The position numbers were made by a program, and so were the translations under genes. The notes under the pieces were generated by a model, which was given only the letters and a program-made list of their open reading frames with translations, searched no databases and had not been told where the DNA came from. Source: Sandaracinaceae bacterium (GTDB taxonomy: Bacteria; Myxococcota_A; Polyangia; Polyangiales; Sandaracinaceae). From it: DNA of 14,291 nt. The stretch is taken from contig JBGAQA010000138.1 in the NCBI GenBank assembly GCA_044220955.1, forward strand, positions 1 through 14,291. Direction: 5' to 3'. Of this stretch, positions 1 through 7,897 are shown piece by piece (the first letter of the stretch is position 1; every line of letters begins with the position of its first letter).

Positions 1-2
1 CC

Positions 3-479
3 GAGGGGCTGCGCTGTCTCGAGCACCACCAGGACGACGTCGAGGCGCTCCTCCGGGGCGTGGACGCCGAGGTCCAACGGTGCGAGCCGAGGATCCTCGC
101 CTCGCTGCTCCTCGAGGCGCTCGAGAGCGGGCCGCACGCAGGCCACGGCGTCCTCGAGTCAGCCGACCATCTGCTGCACTACGACCGTGACCAGTCGTGG
201 GCGCGCCACGGCTATCGCGTGAGCGCGAGCGAGTGGGACCGCGTGCGCGCGCGGGTCGTCTCCCCCACGCTGGTCCCCGACGCGACGGCCACCTGGCGAC
301 TCGAGTGCTGCTCCGTGCTCGGATGGATGCACGACAAGCGAACGCTCGTCTGGCACCGCTACCGCTTCTCGCCACGCCAGGTCGAGCCGTACCGGACGGC
401 GTCGTCGTTCCGCATCGAGCACGAGCAGCAGGTGCTGTCCCGCAGGATCTTCGACCGCGTTCCGGACCTTCGCTACTGA
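3..479 (+). CDS. Hypothetical protein, 5'-truncated by the window edge
   Basis: The frame is open from position 3 (EGLRCLEHHQDDVEALLRGVDAEV...) to TGA at 477-479. Codons mostly end in G/C and the composition is protein-like (W, Y, H, F). No recognisable motif. The 3' end overlaps the convergent peptidase gene by 7 nt. Confidence 0.7.
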   Translation, partial: EGLRCLEHHQDDVEALLRGVDAEVQRCEPRILASLLLEALESGPHAGHGVLESADHLLHYDRDQSWARHGYRVSASEWDRVRARVVSPTLVPDATATWRLECCSVLGWMHDKRTLVWHRYRFSPRQVEPYRTASSFRIEHEQQVLSRRIFDRVPDLRY

Positions 480-3280
480 CGACCGCGCGCGGGCGCGGGC
501 GCGTGCGCGTCGAGGAACGCCACGGCGCTCGCGCGCTGCGCGTCGACCCGCGCCGCGCAGAGCGTGATCGCCTCGAGGGCCACGCGGAGGTTCCGCGGAG
601 ATCCCGGCAGCGTGCCGAGCCGCGGCGTGAAGAACGCCTCGACCGCGCTCCGGTGCTCAGCGTCGCAGAAGCCCGCGAAGAGCAGCGGCATGTAGCCGCC
701 GCGCGTCGTCGCCACACGGCCGAGGATCGCGTCGAGGCCCGTGTCCGCCCAGGCCCACGCGCGCTCGCGGCCCTCGGGCGACTCGACCTGCCCGCCGAGC
801 GGCGCCATCACCTCGTTCACGCGCAGCCGCGGATCGGCGCCGAGCGCGAGCGCGTGCGCGGCGAGCGCGGGATCCTCGACCGAGCCGATCGCGATCAGCA
901 GGTTCGTGCGCAGGATGGCGTCGGTCGTCTGCTCGAGCCGCGCGACGAGCGCGTCGAACACCTCGCGCCGCCCCGCCTCGTCCGCCGGCGCGTTCACCGC
1001 CGCGATCAGCGCCGTCGAGACGAGCGAGGGCTCGACGGCGTCCGCGTGGATCTCCCCGTTCCCGCCGAGGCCGAGGTAGCTGCGTCCGAGCGCCGCCGCA
1101 CGCGTGCGCACCGCGGGATCGCGACCGATTCGCACGAGGAAGCTCGCCACGTCGCGGCGCAAGAGGCGCGTGTCGCCGTCCTCGCGCGCGCGCGCCGTCC
1201 ACCCGAGTCGCGTCAGGCGCGGCGCGTACACCGAGCGCACGAACGCGCGCGCGTCGTCCCGCCGCTCGGGCGGAGCGAGGTCGTCCACCAGCGCGGTGAA
1301 GAGCCCCATCGGCTCGATCGCGACCAGGCGCGTGTCGTCGGCGGCGAGCGTCGTGCTCGCGGCGAGCGCGTCGGCCGCGGGGAGCGCCCCGGACGCATAC
1401 GCCGCGCGCAGGTTGTTCGCGAGGCTCAGCCGCTCGGCCGGCGTCAGGGCGCGCAGGCCGTGCGCCATGAGCGCGCCGAGATCCTCGGACGCGAGCGAGT
1501 AGCGGTAGTAGCCCGCGCCGTCGGCGTTCGGGAAGATCCAGTCGGGGCACGCCTCGCCCGGGATCGGCACGCGGGCCGACGCCCCGTTCAGGAGCGTGCA
1601 CACCTCGCCCGTGGCTCGCCCGGCGCCGTAGCGGATGCAGACCGGGATCGACCAGAGCGTCCCCTGCGCCTCGATCTCCGAGCCCGTCGGCGTGAAGCGG
1701 CGCTGCGTCAGATCCACGAAGCGTCCACCCTCGCCGCAGCTGAGGTTCGCGCCGACGAGCGGCAGGCCCGGCTGCTCGAGGAACGAGAGGAAGGGCGTCC
1801 CGACGTCGCGGCCCGAGGCCTCCGCGAGCGCCGCCATCAGATCCTCGCTGCGCGCCGTGCCGAAGCGATGAGCGCGCAGGTACGCGCGGATGCCATCACG
1901 GAACGTGTCCTCGCCCATCCAGCGCTCGAACATGGCGAGAACGCCGCCGCCCTTCTGGTACGTGATCGAGTCGAACGCGTTGCGGACGTCGTCCTCGGTC
2001 GCGACGGGCTGCCGGATCTGGCGCGCGGCGGCGAGCGCGTCGGAGCTCATCGCGCCGTGGATCCCCGCGAGCGCCGAGAGCTCGGCGTGCTGCTCGGGCG
2101 CGACCTCGCGCACGACACGCGTGGCCATCCACGTCGCGAACGCCTCGTTCAGCCAGATGTCGTCCCACCAGGGCATCGTCACCAGGTCGCCGAACCAGTG
2201 GTGGGCGAGCTCGTGCGCCATCACGCCGGTGAACGCGCGCACCTGGTCCTCCGGCGCGTGCGGACCGAGCAGGAGCAGGGTCTCGCGGAACGTGATCGCG
2301 CCCGCGTTCTCCATCGCGCCCGACGCGAAGTCCGGCACCGCGATGATGTCGAGCTTCTCGTAGGGGTACTCGATCGCGAAGTAGCGCTCGAGCGAGGCGA
2401 CGATCTCCGGGGTGTGCTCGAGCGCGTAGGCGAGCTCCGGGCCCCGGCCGCGGGCCGCGACGCCCCGCAGCGGGAGGGGCCGCGTACGCACGTCGTTCGG
2501 CGGGATCGCCGGCGCCTCCACGATGTCGAGCGGTCCGACGGCGAGCGCGAGCAAGTACGTCGGCAGGGCCGGCGTCGTCGTGAACGTGATGCGCTGCATG
2601 CCGCCATCGAGGGGCGTCGTGGAAGCGACGCTGCCGTTGCTCACGGCGCGATCGGCGGCGAGCACGTCGAGCGTCACGTCGAAGGGCGTCTTGAAGCGCG
2701 GCTCGTCGAAGCCCGGGAACGCGTAGCGCGCGCTCGTCGCCTCGAACTGCGTGAAGGCGTAGTGGTCCTCGCCCACGTCCACGCGGTAGAGCCCCTTGAG
2801 CTGACGATCGAAGGGGGCGTCGTACTCGAGGTGGATCGTCGCGCTGCCCGGCCCGACCGCGGTGTCGAAGCGGAGCGCGTCGACGCCTTCGCGATCCGAG
2901 GGCTCCCAGCGCGCCGCGATGGCGGTGTCGGCCGCGAAGCTCTCCTGCCCGGGCGAGATCGTCGCGCGCGAGACGTGCAGCGAGGTCCCGTGCATCCAGA
3001 CGCGCGTCGTCGGCCGGTCGAGCGTCACGCGGATGTCGACCGAGCCCGAGAAGCGCTCCTCGCCGGGCACGACGCGCAGGGCGAGCGCGTAGTGCGTCGG
3101 AGTCACGCCCTCGGGCAGCGGCCCCGTCGGGGCCTCGTCCACGGGCGCGGCTTCCGCTACCGCCTGGTCTGCGCCCGCCGTGTCGTCCGTCGCCACCTCG
3201 GCGTCCTCGGGCGGCGGGCCTCCGCACGCGATCCCCGAGGCGAGACACAGGAGAAGAGGTACGAAGGCCCGGGTTCGCAT
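473..3280 (-). CDS. M1 family zinc aminopeptidase (aminopeptidase N-like, ERAP1-like C-terminal domain), predicted lipoprotein
   Basis: GAMEN exopeptidase motif (2306-2320), HELAH-x18-E zinc motif (HELAH at 2201-2215, then WLNEAFA), ITYQKG catalytic Tyr, TQFE...AR..FP.FDEP..K motif, and a helical C-terminal region. The N-terminus MRTRAFVPLLLCLASGIAC is a signal peptide with a lipobox. Confidence 0.96.
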   Translation of the reverse strand: MRTRAFVPLLLCLASGIACGGPPPEDAEVATDDTAGADQAVAEAAPVDEAPTGPLPEGVTPTHYALALRVVPGEERFSGSVDIRVTLDRPTTRVWMHGTSLHVSRATISPGQESFAADTAIAARWEPSDREGVDALRFDTAVGPGSATIHLEYDAPFDRQLKGLYRVDVGEDHYAFTQFEATSARYAFPGFDEPRFKTPFDVTLDVLAADRAVSNGSVASTTPLDGGMQRITFTTTPALPTYLLALAVGPLDIVEAPAIPPNDVRTRPLPLRGVAARGRGPELAYALEHTPEIVASLERYFAIEYPYEKLDIIAVPDFASGAMENAGAITFRETLLLLGPHAPEDQVRAFTGVMAHELAHHWFGDLVTMPWWDDIWLNEAFATWMATRVVREVAPEQHAELSALAGIHGAMSSDALAAARQIRQPVATEDDVRNAFDSITYQKGGGVLAMFERWMGEDTFRDGIRAYLRAHRFGTARSEDLMAALAEASGRDVGTPFLSFLEQPGLPLVGANLSCGEGGRFVDLTQRRFTPTGSEIEAQGTLWSIPVCIRYGAGRATGEVCTLLNGASARVPIPGEACPDWIFPNADGAGYYRYSLASEDLGALMAHGLRALTPAERLSLANNLRAAYASGALPAADALAASTTLAADDTRLVAIEPMGLFTALVDDLAPPERRDDARAFVRSVYAPRLTRLGWTARAREDGDTRLLRRDVASFLVRIGRDPAVRTRAAALGRSYLGLGGNGEIHADAVEPSLVSTALIAAVNAPADEAGRREVFDALVARLEQTTDAILRTNLLIAIGSVEDPALAAHALALGADPRLRVNEVMAPLGGQVESPEGRERAWAWADTGLDAILGRVATTRGGYMPLLFAGFCDAEHRSAVEAFFTPRLGTLPGSPRNLRVALEAITLCAARVDAQRASAVAFLDAHAPAPARGRQ

Positions 3281-3355
3281 GCGCGGGACCTTGGCACGGG
3301 GCCCGTCCCACGGAAAGCGCCACGCCGGGGGCGCCGCTGGCGACGCGCGCGTCGT

Positions 3356-6300
3356 TCAGGTACCGATTCGAATCGTGCCGAACGCGCCCGCGACGCCGAC
3401 CGTTCCGAGGCCCGTGCTCGTGTTGCTCGAGTTGCCGCCGAGGCCGCCCGCGCCGGAGGTCGGAGTCGCCGCCGGCACCTCGAAGGTGTTCGTCGTGTAG
3501 GTCGGCGCTGCCGTTCCCGGCCGCGACACCCAGATGTCGTACGAGACACCGCCTGCGCCGCCGCCGCCGCCACCGCCGTGCCCGCCGCGACCGCCGTCGC
3601 CGCCGACCGCGCCGGGCGAGAGGCAGAACTCGTAGTTGTCGCCCATGCTCGCCCCGGAGCTGCGCGGCCCGCCAGCACCGCCGTGGCCGCCGTCGCCACC
3701 GCCGCCGCCCGTCCCGCCGTCGCCTCCGCGCCCACCCAGGCCTCGACGGATCTGGTTGCTCGTGACGCTGGGCATCGTCGCGGCTGTCGGCGCCGTCGTG
3801 AACACCATGAAGATGCCGAAGCTGCCGCCGCCGGCCCCGCCGCCGCTGCCCGCCGTCCCGCCGCAGCCGCCCGAGCCACCGCCGCCGCCGGTCGCAGGGA
3901 ACAAGCAGTACGAGGTCGCATCCACGCCGCCGGGCGTGCCGCCGCCGCCACCGCCGCCGCCGCTCGTGCCCGCCACCCCGCCCGCGCCGGCTGCGCCACG
4001 CCACTGGCTCGCGACGACCGCGCCGCCGGTGACTGCCGCGCCCGCGCCGCCCCCGCCGTCCGCGCCCGAAGTGCCCGCCGTGCCGACGGACGCGTCGGTG
4101 GGCGAGTTGTAGACGATGCAGCGGTAGCCGCCCATCGCGAAGACGCCCTCGACGTTGTAGCCGCCCGCGCCGCCCGCGCCGCCGAGCGCCGTGGCGCCCG
4201 CCGAGCCCGTGGGCTGTCGCGTCGCGTTCGGTGCCGGAGGCGGCGCCGACGTCGTCGGGCTCGCTCCGCTCGCGCCCGCGCCGCCGCTGACCGAGGTCGC
4301 GCCGCACGTGCGCGCCCCGCCGAGGGCGCCTGCTGTCGCGGCGGCCGTGCACGCCTGGCGCACGGGACCGCTCCCCGCCGCGCCGACGACCCCGACGCTG
4401 CCCGGAGCGCCGCCCGTGCCCGTCGAGCCGTTGCCGCCCGAGCCCGCGACGATCTCGTTGTCCCGGACGAGCAGGCTATTGGTCGAGTCGCGCACGTAGA
4501 TGGCGATCGAGTTGCCGCTCGGGCCCGCGGTGACGCTCTCGATCGTGAACCCGCTGAGCTCGGTCGTGCGGGCCGAGTTGATGCCCACCGCCGCGACCGT
4601 GATCCGGTCCGTCGCTCCGCCGAACGTGCTCGGGGTGTCGGAGCCACGGATCGCGGACGCGAACACCGCCGGGTTGTGGACCCAGTTCGTGTGGCTGTGG
4701 CCGCCGATCACGCTGATGCCGTTGGCCAACGTCACGTTCTCGACGAACAGACCCGTCGACACGCGCACGCGGACGCGCGACGTCGCGACCGCACGCAGGA
4801 TGCCTCCTCCGATGGTGCCGCAGGGCATCGTGTAGTCGCCGCAGCCCGAGACGTCCGCGCCGCCGTTCGACGGCGTGGACACGTAGATGGTGTCCGGCTC
4901 GGGATAGAACTCGCAGCCGTTGTCGCGGAATCCGTCGGCATCGAAGGCCCCAGCAACGCAGGTGAAGCCGCAGCGTGCCGTGCCACCCATGGCGGTGCAG
5001 GTCGGGTTGACGTTGTACGCCCCAGGACCGCCGACCCACTCCGCGTTGCAGCTGACGCCGCACCCGCCGCAGTTCGCGACCGTGTCGTACACGCCCGCGG
5101 CGTTGCGGAAGCCTTCGTCCGTCGTCCCGTTGCAGTTGTCGTCGACGTAGTCGCACTGCTCGATCGCGCTCGCCGTGCCCGCGATGGCGTCGCAGATCGG
5201 CGCGCCCGACGCGTTGGCCGGGTTGCAGATCGTCACGCCGCCGCGCCGGCACGCCCCCAGACCGCTCGTGCACGCGGTGCCGAGGCCCGGGAAGCCCTCG
5301 TTCAGCATGCCGTCGCAGTCGTTGTCGAACGCGTCGCAGATCTCGGGGCTCGTGCCGGGCATCATCGTGGGCACGCAACGTACGGTCGCCGACACGCACG
5401 AGAGACTGCCGATGTCGCAAGCGCCGCCCAGGCCCGTCGAGCAGGCCGCGCCCCCGCCGGGGTTGCCGTCGTCGGGCGTGCCGTCGCAGTCGTCGTCGAG
5501 CCCGTTGCAGAGCTCGACGCCCGGCTGCACCTGTCCGATGCAGCTCCGGAACATGCCACCGACGCACGTCTGCACGCCCGCCGTGCAGACCCCGACGCCC
5601 GCGGTCCCGGCCGCCCCGTCGTAGCAGCTCTGCGTCAGCACGGCGCCTCCCGTGCTCTCGTCGACGTCGCCATCGCAGTCGTCGTCGATGCCGTTGCAGG
5701 TCTCGCTCGTGGTCGACGCGTTCGGCACGCACACGACGGCTCCCGACTGACACGCCGTGACGCCGCTCGAGCACGCGCCCGACATGCCCGTCGAGCACAC
5801 CACGCCCCCGCCTGGGTTACCCTCGTCGGCGGTGCCGTCGCAGTTGTCGTCCGTGCCGTTGCAGACCTCGGTGGCGCCCGCGTAGACGCTGGGGTCGCTG
5901 TCGTCGCAGTCGGCGCCACGGCATCCCACTCCGGTGCCACGATCGTCTTCGTCCGCGTCGATGCAGCAGCGCTCGCCGACCGGCGTGCACACCAGACCGA
6001 CCTCTGGCGTGAGCGCACTGGCGAGGCAGTCGAAGCGGTGTGGACAGGTGGGGATCTCCGAGACGCAGTTCGCCAGGCAGACGCGCTGGCCGGCGGCGAG
6101 CAGGACGCAGCGAGAGCCCACGGCGCAGTCGGCCTCGGTATCGCACGTCGAGCACTGCAGGCCGGCCCCGCTCGCGTCGGGCTGCATCCCCACGTCCGGC
6201 CTGCTGGCGTCGAGGCCGGAGTCCGGCCCCCCGTCGGGGCGAGCGCCTGCGTCCGCCATGCCCACGTCGCCGAACTGAGCGTCCGGCACCACGGCGGTGC

Positions 6301-6388
6301 TGCGCTCGGTACAGCCCGGCGCCGCGCAGAGGAGCAGCGCGACGCACGCAACCACCCGTGACACCCGAACGGACCGCGACGACGCCAT
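3356..6388 (-). CDS. Large modular surface lipoprotein (~1010 aa): Cys-rich N-terminal region, five MopE-like putative metal-binding repeats, putative beta-helix (DUF1565-like) and Gly-rich C-terminus
   Basis: Start reassigned to the ATG at 6388 (MASSRSVRVSRVVACVALLLCAAPGC), which has GGAGG just upstream and gives a signal peptide with a lipobox-like APGC. Contains repeated ExC[ND]xxD[DN][DN]C[DN]GxxDE-type motifs, an NCGGCGVSC...DADGFRDNGCE segment, TIYVS...GCG...PCGTIGGGI and PGRS-like Gly runs. Confidence 0.88.
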   Translation of the reverse strand: MASSRSVRVSRVVACVALLLCAAPGCTERSTAVVPDAQFGDVGMADAGARPDGGPDSGLDASRPDVGMQPDASGAGLQCSTCDTEADCAVGSRCVLLAAGQRVCLANCVSEIPTCPHRFDCLASALTPEVGLVCTPVGERCCIDADEDDRGTGVGCRGADCDDSDPSVYAGATEVCNGTDDNCDGTADEGNPGGGVVCSTGMSGACSSGVTACQSGAVVCVPNASTTSETCNGIDDDCDGDVDESTGGAVLTQSCYDGAAGTAGVGVCTAGVQTCVGGMFRSCIGQVQPGVELCNGLDDDCDGTPDDGNPGGGAACSTGLGGACDIGSLSCVSATVRCVPTMMPGTSPEICDAFDNDCDGMLNEGFPGLGTACTSGLGACRRGGVTICNPANASGAPICDAIAGTASAIEQCDYVDDNCNGTTDEGFRNAAGVYDTVANCGGCGVSCNAEWVGGPGAYNVNPTCTAMGGTARCGFTCVAGAFDADGFRDNGCEFYPEPDTIYVSTPSNGGADVSGCGDYTMPCGTIGGGILRAVATSRVRVRVSTGLFVENVTLANGISVIGGHSHTNWVHNPAVFASAIRGSDTPSTFGGATDRITVAAVGINSARTTELSGFTIESVTAGPSGNSIAIYVRDSTNSLLVRDNEIVAGSGGNGSTGTGGAPGSVGVVGAAGSGPVRQACTAAATAGALGGARTCGATSVSGGAGASGASPTTSAPPPAPNATRQPTGSAGATALGGAGGAGGYNVEGVFAMGGYRCIVYNSPTDASVGTAGTSGADGGGGAGAAVTGGAVVASQWRGAAGAGGVAGTSGGGGGGGGTPGGVDATSYCLFPATGGGGGSGGCGGTAGSGGGAGGGSFGIFMVFTTAPTAATMPSVTSNQIRRGLGGRGGDGGTGGGGGDGGHGGAGGPRSSGASMGDNYEFCLSPGAVGGDGGRGGHGGGGGGGAGGVSYDIWVSRPGTAAPTYTTNTFEVPAATPTSGAGGLGGNSSNTSTGLGTVGVAGAFGTIRIGT
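5114..5911 (-). repeat. Five tandem intragenic Cys/Asp-rich (MopE-like) repeats
   Basis: Core motifs: EVCNGTDDNCDGTADE (5822-5869), ETCNGIDDDCDGDVDE (5657-5704), ELCNGLDDDCDGTPDD (5468-5515), EICDAFDNDCDGMLNE (5297-5344) and EQCDYVDDNCNGTTDE (5114-5161). Spacings are 55, 63, 57 and 61 codons. Confidence 0.9.
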
Positions 6389-6474
6389 CTGCACCCTCCG
6401 ATGGAATTCCACGCGTCCATCGTGGGGGGTCACCTCCAGAAGGTTACGAGGTCCCGACCCGGTGCCGATGAGGC

Positions 6475-6480
6475 TAGGAT
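6475..6480 (+). promoter_or_regulatory. Putative -10 element (TAGGAT) 6 nt upstream of the Cys-rich lipoprotein start
   Basis: Reads cTAGGAT-gctccg-ATG. The AGGA within it could instead be a Shine-Dalgarno sequence. Confidence 0.4.
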
Positions 6481-6486
6481 GCTCCG

Positions 6487-7449
6487 ATGACGTGGCCGAC
6501 CTCTCGCTCCCCTGGGCTCTCGTGGTGCGCACTCCGGGCGCTCGCGGCCGGGGCGGTCGCCCTCGGCTGTCAGAGCGCGCCCATCGTGACGACGACCTGC
6601 GAGATCAACAGCGACTGCCCGGCCCCGCTCGTGTGCGTCGCCGAGCGCTGCCAGGCCGAGTGCGTGAGCCAGCACGACTGCCTGCGCGGCACGCACTGCA
6701 CGATCGTCACCGGGTCGGGAACATGCCTGATCGACACGCCGCTCGATCACACCAGCTCACCCTGCGGCCCCGGGCGGGCCTGCGCGAACGCCGAGCAGGT
6801 GTGCCGCGACGACACGTGCTGGGACGGCTGCGCCACGGGCGACGACTGCGTGCCCGACTCGTACTGCCGCAACGGCGTGTGCGCGAACCCGGACTCCCCG
6901 GGGTTCGGATACGGCTTCCGGCGCGCCTGCACCGGCGCCACCGACTGCGGGGCCGGCGAGATCTGCGCGAGCGACCACGGCTCGCAGGCCGCCTGCCGCC
7001 GGCCCTGCGCGGCCGACACGGACTGCGAGGACATCGCGGCGACGGCCACCTGCGCCGCGATCGACGACCCGGCGCAGCCGGCGGGCACCATGGCCTGCGT
7101 GATCGGCTGCGACCCCGTGCGCCAGGCCGGATGTTTGCTTCACGACCGCTGCGAGCTGAGCGTCGCCGCCGCGCCGGGAGGAACGACGACCGTCCTCGAG
7201 TGCCGCGCCCCGACGGGCATGACGATCCAGGGCGGCGCATGCGGGACCACCGCTCCCGCGTACGGCACGTGCAACGAGAACCTCGGCTGCGCGCCGGCGA
7301 ACGCGGAGCTGACCCGCTACGAGTGCCGCCGCTTCTGCATCGTCGACGCCGACTGCCGGGACCCCTCGCTGCACTGCACGGGACCGGTGGTGATGGGAAT
7401 CGAGAACATGGACGTGGTCGTCGGCGTCCTACACATGTGCGAGCGATGA
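6487..7449 (+). CDS. Cys-rich repeat lipoprotein (320 aa)
   Basis: The signal peptide ends in ALAAGAVALGC (lipobox LGC). The 36 Cys after the lipidated Cys are arranged in 4-Cys modules, often starting CxxxxDC. Transcribed divergently from the large lipoprotein across a 98-bp gap. Confidence 0.88.
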   Translation: MTWPTSRSPGLSWCALRALAAGAVALGCQSAPIVTTTCEINSDCPAPLVCVAERCQAECVSQHDCLRGTHCTIVTGSGTCLIDTPLDHTSSPCGPGRACANAEQVCRDDTCWDGCATGDDCVPDSYCRNGVCANPDSPGFGYGFRRACTGATDCGAGEICASDHGSQAACRRPCAADTDCEDIAATATCAAIDDPAQPAGTMACVIGCDPVRQAGCLLHDRCELSVAAAPGGTTTVLECRAPTGMTIQGGACGTTAPAYGTCNENLGCAPANAELTRYECRRFCIVDADCRDPSLHCTGPVVMGIENMDVVVGVLHMCER

Positions 7450-7811
7450 AGCGACCCCTCTACCTCCTGGCGCTCGCGGCTCCGACGCTGGCGCTCGCGG
7501 CCGGCACCGCGCTCGGACAGAGCGGCAGCGCCGTGGGCGACCGGCCCGACTGCGTCACGGCGGACGGCCACGCCGTGTACACCGGCTTCGGGTACTCGCA
7601 CTCGGTCCACGTCCAGAACCGCTGCACGTTCGCCGTCGACTGCCACGTCTCGACCGACGTCAACCCCGAGGTCCACGACATCCACCTCGCCCCAGGCGCG
7701 GCGACGGACGTGGCCACGTTCCTCAGCTCCCCGGCCTCCACGTTCGTCGCGACGGTCGTCTGCCCCTACGAGCACCCCCGCGTCCCCGTCATCACCGACC
7801 CCGGCGAGTAG
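7446..7811 (+). CDS. Small secreted protein (121 aa, 4 Cys, 7 His), function unknown
   Basis: Embedded at the end of the 6297-7811 track ORF. The ATG overlaps the upstream stop (ATGA, 7446-7449). MKRPLYLLALAAPTLALAAGTALG is a Sec signal peptide, and the mature region looks beta-strand rich. Confidence 0.85.
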   Translation: MKRPLYLLALAAPTLALAAGTALGQSGSAVGDRPDCVTADGHAVYTGFGYSHSVHVQNRCTFAVDCHVSTDVNPEVHDIHLAPGAATDVATFLSSPASTFVATVVCPYEHPRVPVITDPGE

Positions 7812-7853
7812 CGAGCAGGCGAGCAGGGGTCACTCCAAGCCTCGTAAGCCATC

Positions 7854-7897
7854 GATTTCACAGCGTTCCTACGGGTAGGTGCGCGTTTTGTGGGATC
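7854..7897 (+). terminator. Imperfect hairpin between convergent genes; possible terminator or 3' stabilising structure
   Basis: GAUUUCACA (7854-7862) pairs with UGUGGGAUC (7889-7897), with 2 G-U pairs. Inner GCGU/GCGC and CCUA/UAGG stems close a CGGG loop. There is no clean U tract. Confidence 0.35.

Noticed and set aside
3292..3308. TGGCACG as a sigma54 -24 element
   Set aside because: There is no GC at the -12 position (GG-N10-GT), and it points antisense to both flanking genes.
3341..3354. Perfect 14-bp palindrome CGACGCGCGCGTCG after the large lipoprotein stop
   Set aside because: It is mostly CG dinucleotide repeats, has no U tract, and is plausible by chance in this DNA.
3500..4450. 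GCC/CCG-rich repeats as a possible array or a true PE_PGRS gene
   Set aside because: These are Gly codon runs inside a CDS. There is no repeat-spacer structure and no PE domain.
1896..5798. Long alternative-frame ORFs (818, 496 and 440 aa, minus strand) and Pro-rich plus-strand ORFs at 3636-4499
   Set aside because: Frame-shifted or antisense readings of real genes. The poly-Pro and poly-Arg runs mirror the Gly codons.
197..6361. 2054-aa ORF on the + strand
   Set aside because: An Arg/Ala-rich antisense shadow of two well-supported minus-strand genes. Long stop-free antisense frames are expected at this GC content.
6389..6532. 48-aa N-terminal extension of the large lipoprotein
   Set aside because: It would bury the signal peptide and overlap the divergent gene. 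The ATG at 6388 has a good SD.
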